DNA of 63,917 bases, counting the filler, from Octopus bimaculoides (taxonomy: Eukaryota): assembly GCF_001194135.2 (NCBI RefSeq). It is 3 parts of 3 records of this genome, joined end to end, with 100 filler letters (N's around TTAATTAATTAA, not from the genome) between each part and the next. Parts side by side here need not be neighbours in the genome. Positions count along the whole stretch, not along the records: positions 38,726 to 63,917 come from NC_068981.1; 2 more parts are not named here. One strand, 5' to 3'. Shown here in pieces: positions 48,584-61,366 of this stretch. The notes under the pieces are model-generated. The model was given only the letters and a program-made list of their open reading frames with translations. It did no database searches and was not told the origin of the DNA. How positions within the stretch are numbered: position 1 is the stretch's first letter; each line of letters starts with the position of its first letter. A program made the position numbers and the translations under genes.

Positions 48584-49904
48584 CGTCTGTGTGTTCACCT
48601 ATTTTTTATGTGTGTGTTTGTCCCGTCACCATCGTTTGATAACCGGTGTTGTTATATTTACATCCCCGTAAGCTAGCAGTTCGGCCGAAGAGGCGGATAG
48701 AATAAATACCAGGATTTAAAAAAAAAAAAAAGCAGTGGGCTCGATTCGTTCAACTAAAATTCTTCAAGGGGCTGCCCCAGCATGGCCGTAGCATAATGAC
48801 CGAATGCAAGTAAAAGCATAAAAGCATGCATACACACACTCACATATATACACATTTATATTTGTGTGTTTATGTATGAAAGCACATAATCTAAGTACAT
48901 GCATTAATACACACACCGTAGTTTAGTTAATTGACGAAAGTTGTTATTTGTTCCGATATGTGTATAGTGTATTTTATATACTTTTACATATTTAACCATA
49001 TTTCTTGTACAATTTTTTTCTTTATGATCGGTGAATATTCATCGTTCATTTTTCCAAGAAATAATTACGTTGCTGAGTGGAGTAAATACGGTGGTACAGT
49101 TAAAATTATCGATCGCCGTACATTGTGTTCACAGTTGAACGAGAAAATGTAGCCAGTGAGGCTCTGTGCTCTCCTGCAAATCGATAAACAAGGAAGGAAG
49201 AAGTAAAGCTTGCTGTGATGATCTGATTCAGAGGTCGAGGTCGGAGCGATTGAGGAGTTGCTTGGCCATTCAGGGTGGGTCGTAGTAGCACTCCAGAGAC
49301 CCTGAAGCAACTACAGACACAAAATACCGGTTTGCACCACGTTTTCCTTCTTNNNNNNNNNNNNNNNNNNNNNNNNNNNNNNNNNNNNNNNNNNNNNNNN
49401 NNNNNNNNNNNNNNNNNNNNNNNNNNNNNNNNNNNNNNNNNNNNNNNNNNNNNNNNNNNNNNNNNNNNNNNNNNNNNNNNNNNNNNNNNNNNNNNNNNNN
49501 NNNNNNNNNNNNNNNNNNNNNNNNNNNNNNNNNNNNNNNNNNNNNNNNNNNNNNNNNNNNNNNNNNNNNNNNNNNNNNNNNNNNNNNNNNNNNNNNNNNN
49601 NNNNNNNNNNNNNNNNNNNNNNNNNNNNNNNNNNNNNNNNNNNNNNNNNNNNNNNNNNNNNNNNNNNNNNNNNNNNNNNNNNNNNNNNNNNNNNNNNNNN
49701 NNNNNNNNNNNNNNNNNNNNNNNNNNNNNNNNNNNNNNNNNNNNNNNNNNNNNNNNNNNNNNNNNNNNNNNNNNNNNNNNNNNNNNNNNNNNNNNNNNNN
49801 NNNNNNNNNNNNNNNNNNNNNNNNNNNNNNNNNNNNNNNNNNNNNNNNNNNNNNNNNNNNNNNNNNNNNNNNNNNNNNNATATACATATACACATATATA
49901 TATA

Positions 49905-49940
<36 letters not shown>

Positions 49941-50063
49941 TCGGTTGACTGGTTACAAATTGTTGCTGACAAGTATAAATTGTTAATTTATATGGCACCA
50001 GTGCGCGCGCTCACGCATTCACACTCACACACACACATACACGCACACATATACACGCGCATA

Positions 50064-50116
<53 letters not shown>

Positions 50117-50439
50117 NNNNNNNNNNNNNNNNNNNNNNNNNNNNNNNNNNNNNNNNNNNNNNNNNNNNNNNNNNNNNNNNNNNNNNNNNNNNNNNNNNNN
50201 NNNNNNNNNNNNNNNNNNNNNNNNNNNNNNNNNNNNNNNNNNNNNNNNNNNNNNNNNNNNNNNNNNNNNNNNNNNNNNNNNNNNNNNNNNNNNNNNNNNN
50301 NNNNNNNNNNNNNNNNNNNNNNNNNNNNNNNNNNNNNNNNNNNNNNNNNNNNNNNNNNNNNNNNNNNNNNNNNNNNNNNNNNNNNNNNNNNNNNNNNNNN
50401 NNNNNNNNNNNNNNNNNNNNNNNNNNNNNNNNNNNNNNN

Positions 50440-50489
<50 letters not shown>

Positions 50490-50887
50490 GCATGTGTTAC
50501 CCTCACAATATCACCAAATCTAAATGTACCCTATAATCCCCTAGCATTTCCCCCAGTCGTACCCCACCCCGCCAATAAAAAAAAAAAGCTATCATCCCGA
50601 GGCTACTAAATTTATAAAGCTAATACTGATCGCCATATTGCGAACATAATTCATGATATCCTAGGCAGGCTGCTAGTCAGTGACATCTCCGTATTTTCTG
50701 GGCCATATTTGGAACACGATGTGAAACCAGGTATGAAATGAAGCCGGTACATATCTGCAACGTCTTCACATTCTTTACAAGGAACGTCTTCAGAGAAATT
50801 ACTTAACAAAGTATTGTTTAGTATTGTTTACTTTTACACTGAAAGTTTACCCAGTAAGAGGGAATGGAACGAGGGAGATACGAACGG

Positions 50888-51095
50888 GCGCAGGCGTTGC
50901 TGTGCAGGCGCAGGCGTGGCTGTGCAGGCGCAAGCGTGGCTATGTGGTAAGACGTTTGCTTCCCATCCACTTGGTTTTGGGTTCAGTCCCATTGCGTAGC
51001 ACCTTGGGCAAGTACCATTTACAACAGTCTTGGGCCAACCAAATCTTTGTGAGTGGATTTGGTTGACGGAAACTGAAAGAAGCCTATCGTATGTG
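50888..51095 (+). mobile_element. SINE family B with a triplicated 20-nt head
   Basis: gcgcaggcgt(t/g)gctgtgcag-type unit x3, then normal body to gaaactgaaagaagcc. Confidence 0.85.
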
Positions 51096-51109
51096 TGTGT
51101 GTCATCATC

Positions 51110-51255
51110 ATCATCATCATCATCATCGTCGTTTAATGACCGCTTTCCATGCTGGCATGTGTTGGATGGTTTGACTGAGGACTGGCGAGCCAGAAGGCTG
51201 CACCAGGCTCCAATCTGATCCTAATGCCAACCACTCCGAGAGTGTAGTGGGTGCT
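51110..51255 (-). mobile_element. SINE-like repeat with (GAT)n tail, 3' part
   Basis: Reverse complement of the 3' half of 53960-54218. Confidence 0.75.
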
Positions 51256-51454
51256 TTATATATATATATATATATATTATATGTGTATGTGTGTCTTTGT
51301 GTCTGTGTTTGCAATCAACTCCGGTTGACAACCATTGCTGATGTGTTTACATCCCCGTAACTTAGCAGTTTGACAATAGATACCGATAGAATAATTCCTG
51401 GGCTTTGAAAAGGGTAAAAACCAGATCTCTTAACCACTAGACAATGAACAAAAT

Positions 51455-51823
51455 CGTGACACTCTGTTGGTTACGATGACAAGGGTTCCAGTTGATACGA
51501 TCAATGGAACAGCCTGCTCGGGAAATTAACATACAAGTGGCTGAGCACTCCACATACACATGTACCCTTAACGTAGTTCTCTGGGAGATTCAGCGTGACA
51601 CAAAGTGTGACAAGGCTGGCCCCTTTGAAATACAGATACAACAAAAACAGGAAGAAAGAGTAAGAGAAAGTTGTGGGGAAAGAGTACAGCAAGGCTCACC
51701 ACTCCCTGCCGGAGCCTCGTGGAGCTTTAGGTGTTTTCCAAGACAACGCCAGTCTGGGAATCGAAACCGTGATCCTATGACGGCAAGTTCACAGCTCTAA
51801 CCACTGGGCCATTGCGCCTCCAC
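51455..51823 (-). mobile_element. tRNA-derived SINE family F, near full-length
   Basis: Head gtggaggcgcaatggcccagtggttagagc...ggtttcgattcccagac with A box TGGCCCAGTGG and B box GTTTCGATTCC. Confidence 0.85.
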
Positions 51824-52087
51824 AATGAACAAAATAATGGTTGATACATACGTAACAAGTGAGATCATTTCTGGATTTGCCAGAAATGGAGAGGCAAACG
51901 AGAGTCTATACTTATTCTTGTATTCTTTTATGCATTTCAGTGCAAACGCTGCGACCATGCCGGGGCACAGCCAATATTGTCTCCTTTTCAGTGGCCATTC
52001 TTTTGTGATTGGCCTTTGATGAAGAAAGGAGTTCGATATCACCTCCCTCTTTCTAGTTTCTTGCTGTGCTGTAGGTTCATCTGGGAC

Positions 52088-52366
52088 CAGTCATTCTCAA
52101 CCGGGGTCCATACGACCTTCGGGTCCAGGGCTCCACATGGTCCTTGAGGGTCCACACACGATTTTGTTGCTAAAATCTATGTCTAATAAATCGATTACTT
52201 TCTACAATACACAAAATATTAAAATTTTTTTAATACATTTCCTAATAATATTTAATTCTAAAAAAATATAACAGGACTTTTTAAACATCAAATGGCTATC
52301 GGGGTCCATCCAAGTAAAATAGGGATCAAACAGAGTCCATAGAATAAAAATGGTTGAGAATCACTG
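52088..52366. mobile_element. hAT-type MITE
   Basis: TIRs cagtcattctcaacc / ggttgagaatcactg; degenerate target duplication atctggg(ac) and atctggg(gt). Confidence 0.75.
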
Positions 52367-52723
52367 ATCTGGGGTCTTGGACAGCAGGAAGTCACGTTGT
52401 TTCTTGAACACATCTACCCCTACTCTATGTAGCTCTCTCAGATGTTTTGTCAAGACATTAAATAGCTGTGGGCTTCGATACAGTTTTTATTCAGTTGTTA
52501 CATAATTACACAACTACGACGAGTTGGAATAAGACACCGAAGTTTGTATTGAGAATGATGGCCCATTCTTATTGAAAATCTGTTGTGCAATAATTATAAT
52601 AGTTGTGCCATTAAGTGCGTGGAAGGAGGGAGGTCCTCGCTGTCAGATCGTCGATGCTCCACTGGCCCAAGGATGTGATGGGCAAGAGTGTGTCTGTCTC
52701 CTCACGTCCACACTGAACCTTAA

Positions 52724-52930
52724 CCCTTTTAGCATTCAAATGTGATGCTTATTTATTCATATTGTTTGGAATTAATTATGGCTTATCTCATAGCCTCGGA
52801 GTTTCAATGATGTTATTGTTTAGTTTTAGAATGGCTTTGTAGGATAGGTGTGAGATACCGGATGTGGTTGGTCTCGACATAAACAGGTAGAATATTTTGG
52901 CCGGATATTGTCAGTTTAAATGCCAACAGG
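52724..52930. mobile_element. piggyBac-like MITE
   Basis: TTAA|ccctttt agcattcaaa ... tttaaatgccaacagg|TTAA. Confidence 0.6.
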
Positions 52931-53959
52931 TTAAACAATTAGCAATACTAAGGTATTCAAAATTCGTTCGCCAGTGATGGCCATGTTTCGTTCATAGACA
53001 ATACATTAATTATTTGGGTCAAAAATATAAAGAATACATTCTGGTTGATGTTGGAATGCTTCAATATATTATTTGATTCTGCAAACACTCATTTGTTTGT
53101 CTTGCAGACATTTGTAGAAATAACCAGACGACAGCCGATCACCAACGGACAGACAGCAGTTGATTCTTTAAACAAAATGCTTTTCGTTTCTTTTTTCTTT
53201 TCTTTTCTTTTTCTTCTTTTTGTTACAGATGATAATAATGTAAAATTACTCGACTTGGTTACATTATTTTCTAACCATCACCATCACCATCACCATGCCC
53301 CCCCCCACCCGCCAACCACCACCATGATCTTCACCATAACGACTTCCCTTCTCTACCATCTTTCTCCCCTCCTCGCCCTCCTCGTCATCATCATTATAGT
53401 TATTAATGAATATGTCACAATTATATAAACACATGAAGATAAACACACACACACACACATACACACAATAATCAATATATATCTAACAGGAGAGGGCATC
53501 ATTCAGTTTCACATGATTTGTAAATGTTTTACTAAAATCACTCAACACATGGAAATTGTGTTTGTGTCTGTGTGTTAAGATACATACATACATACATACA
53601 TACATACATACATACATACATACATACGTACATGGGAGACCCCCGTCGGTCATGACTGACCATGGGATTACACCTAGAAAGTTACCTTTAAATTACAATT
53701 CTATCATTATGGGCACATACATAAATGTGCATATATTGCCCCAGCATGGGCAACTTTTGTCCTTGCCATTGCCTGACAACTGGTGTTGGTTTGTTTATGT
53801 CCCTGTAACATATTGGTTTGGCAAAACCTAAAGATAGAATGAGTACCAAATTTTTATAGAAAAAGGTAAGGGATCGATTTGTTCGACTAAAGTCTTTAAG
53901 CCAGTGCCCCAGCGTGGCCACAGCCCAATGATTGAAGCAAAGTATAAGATGAGTGCCAC

Positions 53960-54218
53960 TGCAATGGCTCCTGTGACACGTAAAAAACACCATTTGAGCG
54001 TGGCCGTTGCCAGTACCGCCTGACTGGCCCTCATGCACATGGCACGTAAAAGCACCCACTACACTCTCAGAGTGGTTGGCATTAGGAAGGGCATCCAGCT
54101 GTAGAAACTCTGCCAGATCAGATTGGAGCTTGGTGCAGCTATCTGGCTTGCCAGTCCTCAGTCAAATCGTCCAGCCCATGCTAGCATGGAAAGCGGACGT
54201 TAAACGATGATGATGATG
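53960..54218 (+). mobile_element. SINE-like repeat with (GAT)n tail
   Basis: gcacgtaaaagcacccactacactctcagagtggttggcattaggaagggcatccagctgtagaaac...catgctagcatggaaagcggacgttaaacgatgatgatga. Confidence 0.8.
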
Positions 54219-54424
54219 AATCCAGAGACAAGTCAATTACAATGGAACAAGAAGGAATGTGAATATGGAATGTCTGTTAGAATTTGGTTAGATCATTTTC
54301 GGTTTTAGGAACTGCTTGATTACTTCATAGCAATAAAGAAAACCAGCCTCTGGCACTGCTCTGTTGTCCTGGAAGCCCAAACAGGGCCATCTTAGCAACA
54401 TTATAGAACCCCAGGCAAATCAAT

Positions 54425-54975
54425 GTACTGGGCATTCGGATCTATTTAGCTTTGCTCTCAGATTTTTTAATTATTTTTTTTTTAATTAAACCATTTGGAA
54501 CTTCATATACTGGTGTAATTTCTCACGCTGAACACAGTTTACTTTCAGCATTTTTGACAAAATTTTGTACTTCAGAAGTTATTTCGTGTTAAATTTGTTG
54601 TATTTGGGTAATTTTAACCAATCAGCTACGTGTATTCGGCTGAAGAAACCTACTGCTATTTGCGATAGTAATCAACAACTTCCGGGTCGTCTCTACCAAA
54701 TGTATTTTTCAACCTGGAAGTTGTTCCTCTTCGATTACTATCGCAAACAGTAGTAGGTTTCTTCAGTTTAATACACATTGTTGATCGGTTAAAATTACCC
54801 AAATACAACAAATTTAACACAAAATAATTTCTAAAATACGAAACTTTGTCAAAAATATTGAAAGTAAACCATGGTTAGCATGAGAAATTACACCATTATA
54901 CGAAGTTTCAAACTGCTTAGTTGAAAAAAATAATCAAAACATCTGAGCCAAACTGAAGAGATCCAGGCCCTCTAT
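54425..54975. mobile_element. ~550-bp foldback/MITE-like element with ~240-bp imperfect arms
   Basis: gtgttaaatttgttgtatttgggtaattttaacc..ctgaagaaacctactgct..tgcgatagtaatc / gattactatcgca..agtagtaggtttcttcag..ggttaaaattacccaaatacaacaaatttaacac. Confidence 0.85.
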
Positions 54976-55094
54976 ATTTATTGACAGCAAACCACAACAT
55001 CGATCAGAATTGGGCCCTGCTTTAAGACAGCACTGAGCTCGCGATCACTAGAAAGGATGCTGGGTGGTTTTGTTAACTGTATCCTATAGAATCT

Positions 55095-55200
55095 AGGATG
55101 TAAATTTTCTATGGGATTTAGGTCAGGTGAGTTACTTGGCCAGGGGAATATGATGTCGTAAAGTTTAGCCAATCAAAGGTTATTTAGGCACTGGAACAAA
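55095..55200 (-). mobile_element. Tc1-like transposase fragment
   Basis: WPSNSPDLNPIENL, the third catalytic-residue motif of Tc1-family DDE transposases. Confidence 0.65.
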
Positions 55201-56653
55201 AATTCGAGATAGATTTAGCACCAAAGAGCCTGTCAGCTGACGGAAACATGCCCGTTTCTTTGACTGTGATTCCAAAGAGACACAATGGTCCGACACCTGT
55301 GTATGACTTGGCACTTTGGATACGAGACTTCAAACAGGTAGACTTGCAGGTTTGTTTTCGAGGACTACGGAGATCTAATACGATTTCATTAGAATTTAAT
55401 GAATCGAAAATACATTTGTCGAAAATGTTGACCGTCTCACATGACTGGTTATAAATAGACAAGTTTTACAAACTATTATAATTTTTTGAGATGCACCTGT
55501 ATGGGTACGTGTGTATACTGACATACCTGCTAACGATTTTATGTCTAGAAACATGCACCTGTGTGTATGTATATACATATGTATGTATTTATGTATGTAT
55601 GTATGTTGGTATGTATATATGTATAAATATATATACATATACACACCTACATACACATACACACATACCTGTATGTGTCAGTGGATGGGAGGAAAACCTA
55701 AATTGCGTTACTTGTAAGCTCTCTTTTCTTTTGCAAATTATAAGAATGGTGGTGGTGGTGGTGGTGGTGGNNNNNNNNNNNNNNNNNNNNNNNNNNNNNN
55801 NNNNNNNNNNNNNNNNNNNNNNNNNNNNNNNNNNNNNNNNNNNNNNNNNNNNNNNNNNNNNNNNNNNNNNNNNNNNNNNNNNNNNNNNNNNNNNNNNNNN
55901 NNNNNNNNNNNNNNNNNNNNNNNNNNNNNNNNNNNNNNNNNNNNNNNNNNNNNNNNNNNNNNNNNNNNNNNNNNNNNNNNNNNNNNNNNNNNNNNNNNNN
56001 NNNNNNNNNNNNNNNNNNNNNNNNNNNNNNNNNNNNNNNNNNNNNNNNNNNNNNNNNNNNNNNNNNNNNNNNNNNNNNNNNNNNNNNNNNNNNNNNNNNN
56101 NNNNNNNNNNNNNNNNNNNNNNNNNNNNNNNNNNNNNNNNNNNNNNGAGGACGCATTTCCTGGTTGTTACACACGAATAAACGCCCACCACCACCACCAC
56201 CACCACTTCCTTTGTGTTATCTTCATTCATTGTGCATTCAGTCACTTAGCTACAATCAAAGCTCAATTCATTCCTTTCCCCACCACACACGTGTTTACTA
56301 CAAACTCGACCCAACAAAAGCCTTGTGAGTGTATTTGGGAGACGGAAACTGAAAGAAGCCCATCGTGTATATCTTTCGCTGAAGATATTCTCACTTGTAG
56401 TAATTAACCAAATTAATTTAGTTGAATTGAATTAAATTTGGTTAATTTTTATGCTGCAAGTGATGAATTGAAACAATTGTAGGTCTGGCCTTGTCAATGT
56501 AAATAAACTTTTATTGCTCTTGTATAATATCAATAATACTAAAGGTGTATATGCCTGCTTTGTTAGGCATTCAACTTGTCTAATCTTGGATATTTTTTAT
56601 CCCTCAAAGGTTTATCCCTCAAAGGTTTACATCCCCATTTGTACCTTCATATA

Positions 56654-56711
<58 letters not shown>

Positions 56712-57162
56712 TACATGCATACATATAGAAAAGAAATGGAGCAATAATTAACAATGAGAAGCTGATCATTGGTATTAAAAAGTCATTACTTAATTGTAGT
56801 TCGGAACCATTATATTTTGCTATACATATATATTTATATTTACCAAATCCGCTCACAAAGCTTTGTTCAGCCGAAGGCATTGGCAGAGGATACTTGCTCA
56901 AGGTGTGCTACGCAGTGGGACTGAACCCATGACAGTGTGGTTGGGAAGGAAACTTCTTACCTCACAGCTTCTCCTACATCTTTATACATAATTTTACTGA
57001 TTTCAGTCTTTAGACTGAGGTCATGCTGGAGCACCACCTGGAATTTTTAGTTGAATGAATCATCTCCAGTGCTTTATTGTTTAAGCTTGTTCTTTATTCT
57101 TTCGGTCACTTTTGCCGAACCGCTAAGTTACAGAGACAGAAACAGACCAATACCAGTTGTTA

Positions 57163-57201
<39 letters not shown>

Positions 57202-57324
57202 TGGTCTTTTTTCATTTCCTGTCTACCAAACCTACCCACAAGGCTTTGGGGGTCGTCCAAGGCTATAGTAGAGGATGCTTGACCAAGATACCACCAGAAC
57301 CATGCTACTATGTTACATATGGTA

Positions 57325-59246
57325 GGGCTACAGCAAATATTCTGCTCAGTACCACAGGTCAGTTGTTTGACCTTGTAATAGGTATAATAGTTGTCATAGA
57401 GACTTTAGTCCCTCTCTATCACCCTTTAACAGCATTACAAATGAAGAGACATCAGAACAATTAACAACATAATGAAAAGGTTTTATTTATGATGCTACTT
57501 GGTTTCACAATTCCTGTCATTCAGCTTAGCAGCCGCTGATTAAATTATAGTTGGTATTGGAAGGTTAAGGGCTCCCTTCATGCCTGCCAGAGAACAGTGT
57601 AAAAGTGCTTCGTGGAGGAGCGAGGTGTTGTTACGTAGAAGGTCTGAGCTCAACTCACTGAGATAATGAAAGTAACTGCTTAAGTACGAGTTTTACTACG
57701 CATGCGCAACTCGAGGGGCTTCCGGTGGTGAAGTCCCTTGTGCATGCGCAGAATAGTACTTCATGGCCAACGATATGTGCATCTCTGATCACGAGCAGAA
57801 GTAGTGGGGGAGCATCATAGCCATGTGTCGAGAGGGATTCTTTCGCATTTGGATAATTCACTCCTGGAAACATGGGTGTTTCATTCAACAGCCTTAAATA
57901 ACCCTTATTCAGGGACCTTTTGAGTGGAATGGGCTACTCAACCTGAAGAAAATACGGATCTAGTCTTTCTCATTCACAAAATCAGCCCCCTTTAATTCTA
58001 CTCAGATTGCTTTCAATTTGGTGTATCGATACAACTCTGAATTTTGATTATGATCAACCAATTACTTTATCTCGTAAGTTAAAGAATCTGATCTAATTTG
58101 GAATTAAAGTTGCGAAATTTGGTAAATTTTAGCCAATCGACAGACAGCATGGCATTAGCAGCTTGTTACCATGACAACAGAACACTCTTTTCTGGTACAC
58201 TTCACTGTTGTCTGTGACGCACATTTTTCGATGTTGATTTTTTACAATTCATTTTTCACACCACGAGATTCTTTTCACCCACTTNNNNNNNNNNNNNNNN
58301 NNNNNNNNNNNNNNNNNNNNNNNNNNNNNNNNNNNNNNNNNNNNNNNNNNNNNNNNNNNNNNNNNNNNNNNNNNNNNNNNNNNNNNNNNNNNNNNNNNNN
58401 NNNNNNNNNNNNNNNNNNNNNNNNNNNNNNNNNNNNNNNNNNNNNNNNNNNNNNNNNNNNNNNNNNNNNNNNNNNNNNNNNNNNNNNNNNNNNNNNNNNN
58501 NNNNNNNNNNNNNNNNNNNNNNNNNNNNNNNNNNNNNNNNNNNNNNNNNNNNNNNNNNNNNNNNNNNNNNNNNNNNNNNNNNNNNNNNNNNNNNNNNNNN
58601 NNNNNNNNNNNNNNNNNNNNNNNNNNNNNNNNNNNNNNNNNNNNNNNNNNNNNNNNNNAATATATTAATATAACAAATTTTTAAAAATAAAATAAAATAC
58701 AATCAATGAATGAGAAAGACTAGATCCAGATGATACGTGTTGATTGTATTAGGTATTTCTGTTTATTTACAAAGCTACAATGAACAGGTCAGGGGCTACA
58801 TTTCACAGGGTACGGCTTTAAAGTTAACACCACTCCACTAAACACAGAAAATTTGTTTTGCTATTTGGCTAAAAATACCCATTTCTTTTTTCAATTTTTA
58901 AACCTCTGTAACTTTTTTCTCCAATTTTTTTCTCCACAACATCAAACCTTCAAAGCAATGAGACTGGAATGCTACATTATTATAGCCGATTTTCAGATTT
59001 TTCACTTTCTTCTACAAAAAGCGTATTTTGCAAATGAAAAAAACTAGATCCGAAAATTCTAACTGGGTCCCACCTACAAGATCGTGTACTGTTTGTCTTG
59101 ATATAAGATCACAATGTCACGCACATATGGTTGTGATGCATTTGCTTGAGGTACCCTTATCAGACGGGTAGTCATGATGGGTATGTTGGGCTTTGTATAT
59201 TTTGCCCCAGTGTCACTTTGATGGCAAGCACTACTCTCTCTCACTC
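57325..59246 (+). mobile_element. SINE-like family E copy split by two insertions
   Basis: Collinear pieces at ~57325-57372, ~57765-57955 and ~59052-59246, ending ctctctctcactc + aataat. Confidence 0.8.
57956..59051. mobile_element. DNA transposon derivative with GGATCTAG termini and near-perfect 8-bp TSD, three TIR copies
   Basis: TSD gaaaatac (57948-57955) and gaaaattc (59052-59059); left TIR ggatctagtctttctcattca; internal inverted copy at 58707-58727; terminal TIR ...tgaaaaaaactagatcc. Confidence 0.7.
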
Positions 59247-59407
59247 AATAATATTAAACCCGGAGGGGTTCTCTCCTCTTAAAGGGAAACTTCACCTTCT
59301 CTTTCCGGTAAACTATCTTTGTCTCCCGCTCTTATTGTGAAAGCAACTGTCGGTGGCAACACCAATAATCGTCAGTCACATTACCCCACCCTCACACACT
59401 TATGTAT

Positions 59408-59438
<31 letters not shown>

Positions 59439-60360
59439 TATATATGTTTCTTTCTTTATTCTCTCTGTGTTTATTTTCTTGTGTTCCTTTCTGTTGAAGA
59501 GCATAGGCTCAAAACATAAAAGACTTTCTCACCTTCCCGAGTGTTAAACTAATACACCTGTTTGTTGTTTACACACCTGTCTTTGTCTTTTGTTTTTNNN
59601 NNNNNNNTATATATACTCACACACGCACATATACATGTGTGTGTGTCTGTGAGAGAGTGAGTGTATGAATGTATGTGCACGCGTGTGTGTGTGAATATAG
59701 GACAGAATAAGAATATAGAAAATAAAAACTCTGTAATCGCATTAAAGCCAAGCCTTGGCAAATATTCGTAAACTTAACAAAATATATTTTTGTGTTAAAG
59801 AGTTTCATCAGCAAAACGACTCAAGCGTTACGTATGACTCATCCTTGTCTTTTGAATGAAATGAATGGAATACATCTTAGAATAGAAGAGAAAACATCTC
59901 AGAACAATGGACTTGTTGACGAAGGAGGATATCTCTTTGCGGCAGATAGATTGACCTGCTAGAAATAAGAGCTATAGCTTACTTTCAATTCGTATTCTAG
60001 TGTCTTAGAAAAAGTTGGACTCGTTAGCTAATGTGGTTTAGGGATCACTGTCAAGAGGGAAAGCATAAGTAGTCATGGCTGGATTGCTTTTGATTATGGG
60101 GTGGCTTGACCTGTAAGGAAGGCATTCACTGTATTTTGTGATGGAGAAAATTTCTTGCTGTAAACAAATAAGGTGTAAGCATCCTCTGGAGGTGAAGATG
60201 ATTTTAATTAAATCAAAAATTTACGTTGTACGGCATTTGATAGACCTGCATTTGTCAGTTGTCTTGTGGCCTCTCTGAGTTATTCATCTTATTTCATTTA
60301 TGTTCAATTTATGCAAATTACTCAGACCAAATCTATAAGTACAAACATACATATGTGTGC

Positions 60361-60420
<60 letters not shown>

Positions 60421-61180
60421 AGTGTTGAAATTGGGCAATCACAGTAGCAATATCCTCCTTGTCACTTTGTCAAGGGATCGAAGAGTGGGATTAAATAATA
60501 CCCCCCCCCCTTTTTTTTGCTTTTACTGTAATTCTGTTGTATTATATTTATATCACATCGTGATATTTAAAACACGTTCAATATTTATTCAGTCCGTTTT
60601 CGTTCTCAGACAGTGCTGCAATAACAAATTAATTACTTTGTCTTCCATGACAAGCAATGAAAAAAAACATTAATTGAAGTCAAGTCACATGACAACTAAT
60701 TATTGCTTTGATTGGTTCTAATTATATTTACACATTGTGCGAGAATTATGTAGAAGTACATTTATATTACAGACAACGGTTTCTGATTTATTTCTCATTA
60801 ATTTGTGATGATAAATCTGTCAGTAATTAGCAATAATTAATAATATAAATACTAGAGTGTAACCTGACAAATGACAGTTAAGTTTGGAGGCATAATTTTG
60901 CCAGTACGGATAAGTAATATCAAGAAATATGGCACAGATACAATGGTTAGAATTTAAATTTTAACTTTAATTTGTTTTAGTCATTCGACTGTGGCCATGC
61001 TGGAGCACCGCCTTGAAGAACTTTTAGTTGTTCCTGAACGGGAATTGGGGTAAGTTGTCTCTCTTGTCTGTGACTTTCAGGTATTTTAGCATCCGGCACT
61101 TTGAGGGAGTCATCCCCACCACGCTGTTTTGCAGCCTAACGGCAAACAAGCAGGCCATGTGTGTTTGATAATACATACAT

Positions 61181-61227
<47 letters not shown>

Positions 61228-61236
61228 TAAATAAAA

Positions 61237-61366
61237 GGCGGCGAGCTGGCAGAGTGGTTAGCACACCAGGCGAAATGCTTAGCAATATTTTGTCTGTCTT
61301 TAGAGTTCAAATTCTGCCGAGGTCGACTTTGCCTTTCATCCTTTCGGGGTCGATAAATTAAGTACC
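61237..61366 (+). mobile_element. SINE family A (runs into gap)
   Basis: ggcggcgagctggcagagtggttagc...gaggtcgactttgcctttcatcctttcggggtcgataaattaagtacc. Confidence 0.85.

Noticed and set aside
51740-51823. tRNA genes (also ~26640-26725, ~28050-28135, ~61845-61915)
   Set aside because: A/B boxes are present but no cloverleaf acceptor stem forms, and each continues into a shared SINE body.
31291-58702. Many long ORFs containing X runs or HT/YI/CV/MYV dipeptide repeats
   Set aside because: They are artefacts of N gaps and (CA)n, (TA)n, (TACA)n and (TAGA)n microsatellites.
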